A program made the position numbers and the translations under genes. This document shows, one piece after another, positions 1-10,085 of a stretch of DNA of 64,000 bases. The stretch's first letter is position 1. Each line of letters starts with the position of its first letter. Location of the stretch: positions 124-64,123 of the forward strand of contig DASPNQ010000075.1 of assembly GCA_035626435.1 (NCBI GenBank). Direction: 5' to 3'. The notes under the pieces are model-generated. The model did not search any database. It had not been told where the DNA came from and saw nothing but the letters and a program-made list of their open reading frames with translations. The stretch comes from Vicinamibacterales bacterium. Its GTDB lineage: Bacteria > Acidobacteriota > Vicinamibacteria > Vicinamibacterales > UBA2999.

Positions 1-683
1 CCGACATAGACGTTGCCCTGGAAATCGGTCGCGATCGAATGCGGCGTGTTGAACTGCAGGTTCTGGTTGCCGCGGGTGCCGACCGCCTTTACGAACCGCC
101 CGTTCTTGTCGTACTTGACGACGCGCCCGTCGAAGTAGCCGTCCGAAACGAAGATGTTGCCCTGCTGATCGAACGCGACATCGGTCTGCCGGCCGAAGCG
201 GTACTTGGCGTTGCGGCCGTGGAAGCGGCCGCTGCCCGGCATGTTCGCCAGCATGTCGACCGGATCCTCGCGGCGTCCGATCGTCATCAACACGCGGCCC
301 TCCGGGCTGAACTTGATGAGCATGTCGGTGCCCTCGTCCACGGCCCAGATGTTGTCCTGCGCGTCGACGCGGACCGAATGCGCGAAGGAGAAGCCGTAGT
401 TGTTGCGGCCGATCTCGCGGATGAATTGCCCGGCGGAGGAGTACTCGAACAACCGCGTCTCGTAGGCGCGATGGTAGATGTAGATCGTGCCCTTCGAGCT
501 CGTCGCGATGCCCATGTTCTCGCCGGTGTAGATCCCGGGCGGGTTTTTGAAAAATCCGACAACGGCCTCGTGGGGAATGACCGGGACGTTGGTGGCTGTG
601 GCGCGTGTCTGCGCCGGGGCGCGCAGATCAGTCGCGGCGAGTGCGATCACGAGCACCAATCCGCTGATCAGAAGTTTGTGCAT
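1..683 (-). CDS. NHL-repeat secreted protein, 5' portion (gene continues past the left window edge)
   Basis: Absent from the ORF track because no stop lies in the window. My reverse-complement translation from ATG at 683..681 stays open to position 1. It starts with a signal peptide, MHKLLISGLVLVIALAATDLRAPAQ. Repeated NHL-type blades follow: ...KGTIYIYHR...DAQDNIWAVDEGTDMLIKFSPEGRV...FDQQGNIFVSDGYFDGRVVKYDKNGRF...ATDFQGNVYV. Confidence 0.7.
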   Translation of the reverse strand, partial: MHKLLISGLVLVIALAATDLRAPAQTRATATNVPVIPHEAVVGFFKNPPGIYTGENMGIATSSKGTIYIYHRAYETRLFEYSSAGQFIREIGRNNYGFSFAHSVRVDAQDNIWAVDEGTDMLIKFSPEGRVLMTIGRREDPVDMLANMPGSGRFHGRNAKYRFGRQTDVAFDQQGNIFVSDGYFDGRVVKYDKNGRFVKAVGTRGNQNLQFNTPHSIATDFQGNVYV

Positions 684-813
684 CGAGTCCTCCGGGACGG
701 GGGCGAGTGTAGCCGATTTCTGCCTTGCAAGCGGTCAGCGTTCGGCGTAACGTCTGCGCAAAAGTGTCGAGCGGCGGTTTTCCGATTGCAAGTTGCCTTT
801 CTGGAGGGTCGGT

Positions 814-3800
814 ATGCGAAATAGCCGGTGGCTGTTGACTACAGCCCTTGTCGGTCTTGTCATGGCACTGAGCACAGCAGGGGTGGCCTACGGACAGTCG
901 TTCCAAGGCGGCATGCGCGGCGCTGTCAAAGACGCGCAGGGCGTGATCCCTGGGGTGACCGTGACCCTGACCAACGACGCGACCGGGGTGTCGCGCGACA
1001 CCGTGTCGAACGATTCGGGTGAGTACTCGTTCCCGGCTCTCGACCCGTCGACGTATTCCATCAAGGCGTCGGTGCAGGGTTTCAAGACCTTTGAGCGTCG
1101 CGGCATCCGCATCGGCGCGCAGCAGTTCGTGACGCTGGACATCACGCTCGAGGTCGGCACCGTCGCCGAGACGATCACCGTCACCGCGGATGCGCCGCTG
1201 ATCGAAACCTCCAACGCCTCGCACTCGGAAGTCATCGACAGCAAGACGCTCGAGGCGCTGCCCAGTGTGGGGCGCAACGTCTTTTTGATGGCGGTCACGG
1301 TCCCGACGGTGCAGAGCAGCGGCGACACGCATTGGAACCGCATGCAGGACCAGACCGGCGCATCGTCGCTGTCGGTCGGCGGCGGCGGCGTGCGGGCCAA
1401 CAACTACCTGCTCGACGGCTATCCCATCACCGATTTGCAGAACCGCTCGACGACCAATCCAAGCCAGGAAATGGTCGACGACATTCGCGTGCAGGTGCAC
1501 ACCTACGACGCGGAGATGGGCCGCACCGGCGGCGGCGTCTTCAACACCGCGGCGAAGTCGGGTTCGAACCAGTTCCGGGGCGCCGGCTACTACCTGACGC
1601 GGCCGAGCGCGCTGGTGGGCGGCAACTTCTTCAACGAGATCCGCGGCATCAAGACCAACGACCAATACTGGCGGAACGGCGGCGGCGGTTTTGGCGGCCC
1701 GGTGTTCCGCAACAAGACGTTCTTCTTTGTTGCGGGCGAGGCCTACCGTGACGGGCAGTCGCAGAACAACACGCTGCACGTGCCGACGGCGGCGATGCGC
1801 AACGGTGACTTCAGCAACTTCCGCGATGCGCAGGGGCGGATGATTCCGATCTACGACCCGCTGACGACCGACGCCAACGGCAACCGCCAGCCGTTTCCGG
1901 GCAACATCATCCCGGCCAATCGCATCAATCCGGTCGGCCGCGCGCTGGTCAACGCACTACCGCTGCCGACATTACATCCCGAGTACGACGACAACTCGCC
2001 GAACCTGCCGGCACAGAACATCATCGAGTCCAAGGCGCGGCAGGTCTCGTTCAAGCTCGATCATCACTTCACCGACAACATCGGCCTCAACGGCTTGTAT
2101 CTGAATCAGAGCACCTTCGAGCCGGACGCGAACTACTTCCCCGACGCGCCATACGCGGCGCCCGCCTTCCACCTGCAGCGCGACGTCAACATGTTCGTGC
2201 TGAACAACACCTACATCATGGGACCGTCGACGGTAGCGACCTTCCGGGTCGGCATGAACAATTTCAGCGACGACAACGTGCTGCCGTACCCGTTCGACAT
2301 GCGTACCGTGCCTGGCATCAACCCGGCGTTCGCGAACGCGCTGCCGGTGCAGAAGTTCCCATCGCTGACGCTGACCGGCTATGCCGGCACCGGCAACAGC
2401 GGCTTGTCGGACACCAATTACTATTCATGGGGCCTCAACGGATCGGTGACGCGCCTGGCCGGCGGTCACAGCCTTAAGACCGGCGGCGACTATCGGATCA
2501 TCGGTGTCGATTCGCTGAACCACGGACAGTCGGCCGGCAGCTACACCTTCAGCGGCGTGATGACGCGCGCGAATCCGAGCGCGCAGAACGTCAATGCGAT
2601 CGCCGACATCCTGCTCGGCTATCCGGCGTCCGGCACGCTGGCCCTCAACAGCGACTTCAATCAGTTCGTGAAGTATTACGCGTGGTTCGCGCAGGACGAC
2701 TGGCGCGTCAGCGAGCGGCTGACGGTCAATTACGGGGTGCGGCTCGAACACGAAACCGGCCTGGCGGAGAAGGACAACCAGATGGTGGTCGGCTTCGATC
2801 GTGACGCGCTCAGCCCGATCAACATCACCATCCCGGCCGACCCGGTCGCTGGAACGCCGGCCCGCCAAGTGCGCGGCGGCTTGCTATTCGCCGGCCAGAA
2901 CGGCAACAAGACCGAGACCGGCAACGTGCCGCCAGTCAAATTCTCGCCGCGTATCGGCATGGCGTTCTCGCTCAACGACAAGACGGTGGTGCGCGCGGGC
3001 TATGGCTTGTTCTGGGGCCCCTGGCAGTCGGGCGTTCAGAGCACGCCCGGGTACTCGCAGACCAGCACGCTGCAGCAGGACACGCTGACGCCGATCACGT
3101 CGATCAACAACCCGTTCCCGAACGGCCTGACGCCAATCAGCGGCAACTCGCTGGGGATGATGACCGGCGTCAGCAGCGCTGTGACGTTCATCGATCCCGA
3201 TCGCGACGCGCCGCGCGTGCATCAGTACTCCGCGGATATCCAGCGGCAACTGCCCGGCGATATGAGCATCGGCGTGACTTATATGGGCTCGCTCGGCCGT
3301 CACCTGACGTGGGGCGGCACCGCGACGGGGATCGTCAACATCAACCAGGTCGACCCCAAGTACCTCTCGCTCGGGACCCGTCTGCTCGACAACCTCCCGA
3401 ACCCGTTCTTCGGCGTGGCCGGCGCCGGCGGGTTCACCTCGCGCGCGACGCTGCCGCGGAATCAGCTGCTGCGGCCGTTTCCACAGTTCGACAACGTCAA
3501 CATGATCTACAGCACGCTGGCACGCTCGAAGTACGACGCCGGCGTGATCTCGCTGACCAAGCGCGCGACCGGGTGGTTCGGCGGCCGATTGAGCTACACA
3601 TATAGCCGCCTCTACGACAACCAGTTCGCGCAGAGCAACTACTACTCCAGCTCGCCCGGCATCTTGAACCACTACGCGGCGGTGCCATGGTCCGAGTACT
3701 TCAATCCCGACGCCGAGTACGGACGCAGCCTGCTCGACTCGCCCCATAAGCTCGTCGCCAGCCCGATCATCCGCTTGCCGTTCGGGGAAGGGCACAAATG

Positions 3801-4311
3801 GCTCCAGAGCGGCGTCGGCAATCTGCTCGCGGGCGGCTGGACGGTGTCGTTCGTGATTCAAATGCAGAGCGGCTTCCCCATGGGCGTCAGCCAGAACACC
3901 AACAACACCAACCTGCTCGGCGCCGGACAGCGTCCGAACCTCGTGCCTGGCGTCGATCCACGCGTCGCGGGCAGCATTACCGACCGCCTGCGACAGAACC
4001 CCGACGACAATCTCTATCTGAATGCGAGCGCGTTCACGCAGGCGCCGCCGGGAACGTTCGGCAACGCGCCGCGCATTCTCGAGGGCGTGTATTCACCGTG
4101 GCGCAATTCCACGGACATGGCGTTGTCGAAGGATGTCGGCCTGGGCGGGCAGCGCCGCCTCAACGTGCGCGTCGACATGATCAACGTGTTCAACAACCCG
4201 TGGTTCGTGGCGCTCGGCAGCTCGGCGTTCGGCAACGCCAACTTCGGCCGCGTCACCGCGCAGGCCAACTACTCGCGAACGATGCAAGTTACGGGTCGAG
4301 TGTCGTTCTGA
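814..4311 (+). CDS. TonB-dependent outer-membrane receptor with N-terminal carboxypeptidase-regulatory-like domain
   Basis: ORF 793..4311. The ATG at 814 has a GGAGGG Shine-Dalgarno 7 nt upstream. Signal peptide ...AGVAYGQ. A CarboxypepD_reg-like segment (GVIPGVTVTLTNDATGVSRDTVSNDSGEYSFPALDPSTYSIKASVQGF) is followed by a plug and a long beta-barrel ending in a C-terminal F. Confidence 0.85.
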   Translation: MRNSRWLLTTALVGLVMALSTAGVAYGQSFQGGMRGAVKDAQGVIPGVTVTLTNDATGVSRDTVSNDSGEYSFPALDPSTYSIKASVQGFKTFERRGIRIGAQQFVTLDITLEVGTVAETITVTADAPLIETSNASHSEVIDSKTLEALPSVGRNVFLMAVTVPTVQSSGDTHWNRMQDQTGASSLSVGGGGVRANNYLLDGYPITDLQNRSTTNPSQEMVDDIRVQVHTYDAEMGRTGGGVFNTAAKSGSNQFRGAGYYLTRPSALVGGNFFNEIRGIKTNDQYWRNGGGGFGGPVFRNKTFFFVAGEAYRDGQSQNNTLHVPTAAMRNGDFSNFRDAQGRMIPIYDPLTTDANGNRQPFPGNIIPANRINPVGRALVNALPLPTLHPEYDDNSPNLPAQNIIESKARQVSFKLDHHFTDNIGLNGLYLNQSTFEPDANYFPDAPYAAPAFHLQRDVNMFVLNNTYIMGPSTVATFRVGMNNFSDDNVLPYPFDMRTVPGINPAFANALPVQKFPSLTLTGYAGTGNSGLSDTNYYSWGLNGSVTRLAGGHSLKTGGDYRIIGVDSLNHGQSAGSYTFSGVMTRANPSAQNVNAIADILLGYPASGTLALNSDFNQFVKYYAWFAQDDWRVSERLTVNYGVRLEHETGLAEKDNQMVVGFDRDALSPINITIPADPVAGTPARQVRGGLLFAGQNGNKTETGNVPPVKFSPRIGMAFSLNDKTVVRAGYGLFWGPWQSGVQSTPGYSQTSTLQQDTLTPITSINNPFPNGLTPISGNSLGMMTGVSSAVTFIDPDRDAPRVHQYSADIQRQLPGDMSIGVTYMGSLGRHLTWGGTATGIVNINQVDPKYLSLGTRLLDNLPNPFFGVAGAGGFTSRATLPRNQLLRPFPQFDNVNMIYSTLARSKYDAGVISLTKRATGWFGGRLSYTYSRLYDNQFAQSNYYSSSPGILNHYAAVPWSEYFNPDAEYGRSLLDSPHKLVASPIIRLPFGEGHKWLQSGVGNLLAGGWTVSFVIQMQSGFPMGVSQNTNNTNLLGAGQRPNLVPGVDPRVAGSITDRLRQNPDDNLYLNASAFTQAPPGTFGNAPRILEGVYSPWRNSTDMALSKDVGLGGQRRLNVRVDMINVFNNPWFVALGSSAFGNANFGRVTAQANYSRTMQVTGRVSF

Positions 4312-4330
4312 GGCGTTAGAGCGAAAGGCA

Positions 4331-4361
4331 GCAAGGGAGAACCCAGACGGTGCTCCCTTGC
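4331..4361. terminator. Bidirectional hairpin between convergent genes
   Basis: Perfect 9-bp stem, GCAAGGGAG (4331-4339) with CTCCCTTGC (4353-4361), and a 13-nt loop. It sits in the 66-bp gap between two convergent stop codons. Confidence 0.55.
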
Positions 4362-4377
4362 CCGTGTTGTGAACGTG

Positions 4378-7300
4378 TTACTGCTGGCCCGGCCAGCGGC
4401 CGGGTGTATACGGCACGCCGGCCGCTTCCAGTTGCTGTTCGAACTTTCTGATCTCCGTTTCCAGCCCGCGCAGTTCCTTCACGACCGCCGCGAGATCTTC
4501 GTTCGCGATGGCGTAATTGCGCTGCTGCGTGCCCGTCGGCGCGCCGCTCAGCCCGCGCGCGCCCTGCACGGCGGAGTTGACCCGATCCTGCAGGGTCGTG
4601 GGATCGCCGGATTCGGTGCCGCGCAGCGTTTCGTCGCCGCGCATCCGCCGCAGTACCGCCAGCACGCGCGTGTCGAAACGCCGCGCCTCGTCGAGCAGCT
4701 TGACGTCGGCTGGAGAGTCGACGAGCGCGCGCTGAATTGCCTGCGTGCGGGTGCGCATCGAGTTGGCGGCTTCGAGCGTACCGGTGAACGAACGCTGCAG
4801 GCGGTCGACGTTGTTGTGATATTCGGTGTTCGCGGTGCGTTGGGCCGGCGTGAGCGTCAACCCGGGATCGGCCGTCACGGTCAGCGACTGCGGTTCGCCC
4901 AGCGTGACGGTTTCGCCGTTGACTCGCCGCGACAGCGTGACGCGATAGGTGCCCGGCGCGACAAAACTGCCGCCGCCGGTGCTGCCCGGGAAAATCGGCG
5001 GATCCTGATCCTGGCCGCCGCCCCCGCCGAACCCGCCGCCGCCCGTCGTCGGCGCGGTCATCCGCAAGTTCCAGACATAGCGATGCACGCCCCGTCCGCC
5101 AGGAACGGTCATGCGTCGGACGACGCGACCTGCGGCATCGCTCACCGTCAGAAACGTCTGCGGCGGTTCTTCGTCAGCCTCCGCGGTCAGCTCGGCTTGG
5201 GTGGGGTAGCGTGGCGACGCGTTCTTCGCAGCGGCCGCGCGATCCTGGTCCTGACGCCGCTGCCGCAACGTGCGAGGCGTCTCCTTGATCCAGTAGGTGA
5301 GCAGCGCGCCGAAGTAGCGGTTCTCCGACATCCAGAGGTTCTCACCCTGCGAGCCGCGTGACTTGCCCTGTTCCGGCACTTCGACGACCGCCGCTTTGGT
5401 CGGGAAGACATAGCCGTCCCGGTCAAATGTCGCCTGCGACATCTGCCGTAGCGGCGAATAGTCGTCGAGGACGTAGAAGCCGCGGCCAAACGTCGCCAGC
5501 ACCAGATCGTTCTCGCGCTCCTGAATCGCCAGGTCGCGCACGGGAATCGTCGGCAGGTTGTTGCGCAGGCGAATCCATTTCCTGCCGCCATCCACTGTGA
5601 AGTGCAGACCGTGTTCAGTGCCCACGAACAGGAGGTTCGGATTGACATGGTCTTCCGCGAACGACAGCACCGGCGAGTTCGCCGGCAGATCGCCGGCAAT
5701 CGACTCCCACGAGCCGCCGCGGTTGGTGCTCTTGTAGATGTAGGGCTTGAAGTCGCCGTTCTTGGTGTTTTCGTGCAGGGAGTACATCACCTGCTCGTCA
5801 TGCTTCGATGCCGCGACTTCCTGCACGTAGACGCCGTAGTTGCCGTAGTCCGGCAGTCCGGGCGGCCGCTCGCTGCGCCGCCAGTTCGCCCCGCCATCGA
5901 TCGACACCTGCATCAACCCGTCGTCGGTGCCGACAATCATCACGCCGTCGCGCCGCCGCGATTCGCTGACCGTCGAAATGTTGCCCCACGTCGCAGTGGA
6001 TTGGTGCTGCGCGATGGCTTCGGGCGGCCAGATGCGGCCCATCACCGGCAGCGTGTTGCGATCGGTCTGCCGCGTCAAATCGGGGCTGATCGGCTTCCAG
6101 CTGTTGCCGCAATCGTCGCTGCGAAACAGCCGGCTGGCGCCAAAGTAGAGCCGCGACGGACTGTGGGGGCTGATGATGAACGGCGATTCCCAATTGAAGC
6201 GGAGCGCCGGTTCACCGCGATCCTCCACGGGGCGAATGCTGACGCGCTCGCTGGTCCGCTTATCCAGCCGGACGATGCCGCCGTACTGGGACTCGGCGTA
6301 GATGATGTTGGGATCCGTCGGGTCGATGCGGACAACGAAGCCGTCGCCGCCGGTCACGACAAACCAGTCGTTGTTGGTCGAGCCGTTCGGACCTTTCGAT
6401 CGTGACGGGCCACCCAGCGTGCTGTTGTCTTGCGTGCCGCCGTAGATGTTGTAGATCGGCGAGACGTTGTCGACTTCGACGTTGTAGAACTGTGTCACCG
6501 ACAGATTGGCGAAATGCCGCCACAGGCGGCCTGCATCCCACGATTCGTAGAGGCCGCCGTCGCTGCCTTCGAGCAGATGATCGGTATTGTCGGGATCGAC
6601 CCAGATGACATGGTTGTCGACGTGCTTGTTGCGCTCGCCGATTTGGCGGAACGTCCGGCCGCCATCGTCGGAGACGAAGCTCTGCACCGACGGCACGTAG
6701 ATGCGATCGGCATTCTTCGGATCCGGATGGATGTTCTCGTAATACATCGGCTGCGCCTGCACGTTGGCGCGGCGTTCCCACGACTCGCCTCCGTCTTCCG
6801 ACGCATACAACGCGACCGGCCCGTCGGCCGATTCCACCTTGGCATAGACGAGACCACGACGCGCCGGTGAGAAGGCCGGCACGATGCGGCCGAGGTCGCC
6901 GCTGGGGAGGCCGCTGCGGATTCGCCGCCACGTCGCACCCCCATTGGTCGACTTATGCAGCCCGCTCTCGGGCCCGCCGTGGATCAGCGTCCACGTATGA
7001 CGGCGCCGCTGATGCGCCGATGCGATCAGCACGTCTGGATTCGTGGGATCCATGATCACGTCGCTGACGCCGGTGTGCTCGCTGATGTTGAGGATCTTGT
7101 TCCAGGTCGCGCCACCATCGGTGGTCTTATACAAGCCACGATCGCCGCCGGCGCTCCACAACGGGCCGTAGGCCGCGACGTAGAGCACGTTCGAGTCGCG
7201 CGGATCGATGACGATTCGGCCGATGTGCTCCGAGTTCCTCAAGCCGACATTGCGCCACGATCGCCCCGCGTCGTCGCTGCGATAGAGACCATCGCCCCAA

Positions 7301-7695
7301 CCGACGCTGCGCTGGTTGTTGGCTTCGCCGGTACCCACCCAGATCGTGTTCGGGTTCTTCGGATCGATCACGACATGACCGATCGAATAGGAGCCTTCGT
7401 TCTGGAAGATCGGGGTGAAGGTGGTGCCGGCGTTGGTCGTCTTCCACACGCCGCCAGAGGCGACGCCGATGTACCAGGTATGTTTGTCTTCCGGGTGCAC
7501 CGCGACGACATTGATGCGCCCGGACATCAACGCCGGGCCCACGGCGCGCAGCCGGAAGTTGTTGAAGGTGGCGGGCACCCACGGATCGGTGGCCGACGCC
7601 TGCGCCGCCGGCGGAGTGGCGGGCGTGGGGTCTTGAGCCCGGACTCCGAACGTGCAGACGGCGACGACGGCAACTGCGAAGACAAGTTTCTTCAT
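4378..7695 (-). CDS. Secreted BNR/Asp-box (VPS10/sortilin-like) double beta-propeller protein with long C-terminal extension
   Basis: 1105 aa with signal peptide MKKLVFAVAVVAVCTFGVRAQ. About ten Asp-box motifs (SDDAGRSW, TTDGGATW, STNGGATW, SEDGGESW, SDDGGRTF, SWDAGRLW, SDDCGNSW, SIDGGANW, STNRGGSW, TVDGGRKW). Gly-rich linker and a helical C-terminal tail. Confidence 0.8.
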   Translation of the reverse strand: MKKLVFAVAVVAVCTFGVRAQDPTPATPPAAQASATDPWVPATFNNFRLRAVGPALMSGRINVVAVHPEDKHTWYIGVASGGVWKTTNAGTTFTPIFQNEGSYSIGHVVIDPKNPNTIWVGTGEANNQRSVGWGDGLYRSDDAGRSWRNVGLRNSEHIGRIVIDPRDSNVLYVAAYGPLWSAGGDRGLYKTTDGGATWNKILNISEHTGVSDVIMDPTNPDVLIASAHQRRRHTWTLIHGGPESGLHKSTNGGATWRRIRSGLPSGDLGRIVPAFSPARRGLVYAKVESADGPVALYASEDGGESWERRANVQAQPMYYENIHPDPKNADRIYVPSVQSFVSDDGGRTFRQIGERNKHVDNHVIWVDPDNTDHLLEGSDGGLYESWDAGRLWRHFANLSVTQFYNVEVDNVSPIYNIYGGTQDNSTLGGPSRSKGPNGSTNNDWFVVTGGDGFVVRIDPTDPNIIYAESQYGGIVRLDKRTSERVSIRPVEDRGEPALRFNWESPFIISPHSPSRLYFGASRLFRSDDCGNSWKPISPDLTRQTDRNTLPVMGRIWPPEAIAQHQSTATWGNISTVSESRRRDGVMIVGTDDGLMQVSIDGGANWRRSERPPGLPDYGNYGVYVQEVAASKHDEQVMYSLHENTKNGDFKPYIYKSTNRGGSWESIAGDLPANSPVLSFAEDHVNPNLLFVGTEHGLHFTVDGGRKWIRLRNNLPTIPVRDLAIQERENDLVLATFGRGFYVLDDYSPLRQMSQATFDRDGYVFPTKAAVVEVPEQGKSRGSQGENLWMSENRYFGALLTYWIKETPRTLRQRRQDQDRAAAAKNASPRYPTQAELTAEADEEPPQTFLTVSDAAGRVVRRMTVPGGRGVHRYVWNLRMTAPTTGGGGFGGGGGQDQDPPIFPGSTGGGSFVAPGTYRVTLSRRVNGETVTLGEPQSLTVTADPGLTLTPAQRTANTEYHNNVDRLQRSFTGTLEAANSMRTRTQAIQRALVDSPADVKLLDEARRFDTRVLAVLRRMRGDETLRGTESGDPTTLQDRVNSAVQGARGLSGAPTGTQQRNYAIANEDLAAVVKELRGLETEIRKFEQQLEAAGVPYTPGRWPGQQ

Positions 7696-7987
7696 GCGGG
7701 CACAGATTATAGTGGCGCCCCGATCGCGGCGACCGCGGAACCGTCCCTGGTACGACGCCCATGCCGGCTGCCGCTGCCCTCCAATCCGCAGGCCGGACGG
7801 CCGGACGCCGATCGTGCTATACTCTCTTTACTTCTGCGCTCGGCCTCGATTTCCTTCAGGATTTCCGTTCCACTCGAATTCCGATAGCTCAGAGACACAC
7901 ACGCCGTTTGGCGTGATGTCCATAGTTCGTTGTCAGCCTGCGGTATGCGGTGGTCAGGAAACGCTCCAGGCATTTAGGAGTCGTTTC

Positions 7988-9283
7988 ATGTCGTTTTCTA
8001 CCCTAGGGCTGTCGCCCTCGTTGTGTACGCCGCTCGTGCGGCTGGGCTACGAGGCCCCGACGCCCGTGCAATTGCAAGCCATTCCCATCGTGCTGTCCGG
8101 CCGTGATCTGCTCGCTCGCGCGCAGACCGGGACCGGCAAGACGGCAGCGTTCGGCCTGCCGATGATCGATCGCCTCGCGGTGCGAGGCGGGATTCCCTCG
8201 GCGGGCCGGCGCCAGCCGCGTGGCCTGGTACTGGTGCCGACGCGCGAGCTGGCGGCGCAGGTCCACAAATCGCTATCCACCTACGCGGTGCCGGCGAACA
8301 TCCGCGTCTCGATGATCTTCGGTGGCGTCTCGATCGTCCCGCAGAAGCGCGAGCTGCAGCGCGGCACCGACATCATTGTCGCGACGCCGGGCCGGTTGCT
8401 CGATCATATGGAGCAGCGCACCGTCGACCTCTCCGGGATCCGCATCCTGACGCTCGACGAAGCCGACCGCATGCTGGACATGGGGTTCATGCCGTCGCTG
8501 CGCCGCATCCTGCACGCGCTGCCGCGCGAGCGGCAGACGCTGCTGTTCTCGGCCACATTCCCGCAGGAAGTGGTCAAGCTGTCCGCCGACTTCACGCGCG
8601 ACCCGCAGCGGGTCGACGTGTCCAACGGCGAACCGATGGCTGCCCAGGTCACGCACTGCGTGCATCCGGTCTCGGATCAGCGCAAGGGTGACCTGCTGCG
8701 CCACATCATCTCGGCGGATCCGGGCGCGCAGGCGCTGGTGTTCTGCCGCACCAAGCACGGCTCGAATCGTGTCGGGCAGTACCTCGAACGCGCGGGCATC
8801 AATGCCGGCGTGATTCACGGCAACAAGAGCCAGGGCGCGCGCACCAAGGCGCTCGAGGACTTCAAGGCCGGCAAATGCACCGTGCTGGTCGCGACGGATA
8901 TCGCGGCGCGCGGGCTCGACATCGCGGAGCTGCCGCTGGTGATCAACTTCGACCTGCCGATGGTTCCCGAGGATTACATCCATCGCGCCGGCCGCACCGG
9001 ACGGGCCGGCAAGACCGGCCGCGCGGTGTCGCTCGTCTCGAACGACGATCGCGATTTGCTGCGGCGCATCCAGCGGCTGCTGCCGACGCCGATCGAGCAT
9101 GTCGTCGTCGATGCCTTTGCCGCATCTGCCTCGTCAACCGAGGCGTTGCCGGACGCAGGCCGTCGTCATCAGGGAGCTCGCGGCCGCCGCTTCGGTGGCC
9201 AGCGCAGCAGCGCCCGTCCGCCAAAGGCGTTCGGATCCGGCCGTCGGCCCTCGCGGCCGGGCCGTTCGTTCCAGCGCGCCTAG
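7988..9283 (+). CDS. rhlE: DEAD-box ATP-dependent RNA helicase (RhlE-like)
   Basis: ATG at 7988 preceded by TAGGAG. Q-motif region GYEAPTPVQ, Walker A AQTGTGKTAAF, DEAD box (LTLDEADRM), SAT, HRAGRTGRAG, and a basic Arg/Gly-rich tail. The track ORF start at 7652 adds a non-homologous 112 aa and overlaps the neighbouring gene. Confidence 0.9.
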   Translation: MSFSTLGLSPSLCTPLVRLGYEAPTPVQLQAIPIVLSGRDLLARAQTGTGKTAAFGLPMIDRLAVRGGIPSAGRRQPRGLVLVPTRELAAQVHKSLSTYAVPANIRVSMIFGGVSIVPQKRELQRGTDIIVATPGRLLDHMEQRTVDLSGIRILTLDEADRMLDMGFMPSLRRILHALPRERQTLLFSATFPQEVVKLSADFTRDPQRVDVSNGEPMAAQVTHCVHPVSDQRKGDLLRHIISADPGAQALVFCRTKHGSNRVGQYLERAGINAGVIHGNKSQGARTKALEDFKAGKCTVLVATDIAARGLDIAELPLVINFDLPMVPEDYIHRAGRTGRAGKTGRAVSLVSNDDRDLLRRIQRLLPTPIEHVVVDAFAASASSTEALPDAGRRHQGARGRRFGGQRSSARPPKAFGSGRRPSRPGRSFQRA

Positions 9284-10050
9284 CGGCTGGCGAGGGCTTC
9301 TCGAAACTCGCAGTGCACAACGAACCCCAGTGATTCGTAGACACGAATCGCCGGGGCGTTGTCCGCGCGCACATTCAGACCAATCGTGTCGATGCCGCGC
9401 AGTTCATCCAGTACGGCCGCGGTGACCAGCCGCGCCAGGCCGCGGCCTCGCCGATCGCGCCGGACGTAGACGTTGCCAATCGCCGCCGCACGTTCATCGC
9501 GCGCGACGAGATGCGTGCCGGCGACGGCAATCATCTCGTCCGCCTCGTAGATCCCGAAAAACACGCCGTCGGCGACCATCGAGTCGTAGAAGAAATCGGG
9601 TGACTCGCCGGTCGACTCGCCATCGCCGTATAACCGCTTGAGCGCCGAAAGGTCGGCCGCAGTCAGCCGATTCGCGCCACCCTGCTTCGTCGGGCCGGCG
9701 CCGAGAGATGGACCGTTCCACGCCATGCGCAGCATGTGCATCACCCTGGTGACGTTCGCATGGCGCGCGACCTCTTCGAGAGCGTCCGGCTGGACCTGCA
9801 GGTGAACAGGCCAGGTCACGTAGTCGAGTGCCTCACGAATGCTGCCGGTACCGAAGGCGAACAGGATGCTGGTGCCGTAGTCATGAAGCACGAGCGTCAG
9901 ATCTGGCGTAAACCACTGGCACTTGCCGAACATGCGCGGTGTCAAATCGCCTAACGCGTAGACGCACCATCGAGGATCGCGTTGGAGGAGGGTTCGAATC
10001 TGATTCTTGTCGGTGACACGCACGACGTGCTTATGATGACACGGCGACAC
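9280..10050 (-). CDS. GNAT family N-acetyltransferase (two-domain)
   Basis: The C-terminal half carries the acetyl-CoA motif VYVRRDRRGRGLARLVTAAV...RVYESLGF. The 3' end overlaps the helicase stop by 4 bp (convergent genes). Confidence 0.7.
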   Translation of the reverse strand: MSPCHHKHVVRVTDKNQIRTLLQRDPRWCVYALGDLTPRMFGKCQWFTPDLTLVLHDYGTSILFAFGTGSIREALDYVTWPVHLQVQPDALEEVARHANVTRVMHMLRMAWNGPSLGAGPTKQGGANRLTAADLSALKRLYGDGESTGESPDFFYDSMVADGVFFGIYEADEMIAVAGTHLVARDERAAAIGNVYVRRDRRGRGLARLVTAAVLDELRGIDTIGLNVRADNAPAIRVYESLGFVVHCEFREALASR

Positions 10051-10085
10051 CGCCGTCGCGATCGCGGATCAGACCGCGAGCCGCG

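Noticed and set aside
39-824. 261-aa plus-strand ORF at the left edge.
   Set aside because: It is the antisense shadow of the NHL-repeat gene on the minus strand (1..683). That gene has a signal peptide and repeated NHL blades. The plus-strand product is Ala/Arg/Val-rich low-information sequence.
628-1779. 383-aa minus-strand ORF overlapping the TonB-dependent receptor start.
   Set aside because: Arg/Ala/Gly-rich shadow ORF typical of high-GC DNA. The plus strand encodes a clear receptor with signal peptide and plug.
7652-7987. N-terminal 112-aa extension of the helicase ORF, as given in the track.
   Set aside because: The extension overlaps the start of the divergent BNR gene and has no helicase homology. 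A good SD (TAGGAG) precedes the ATG at 7988, where homology begins.
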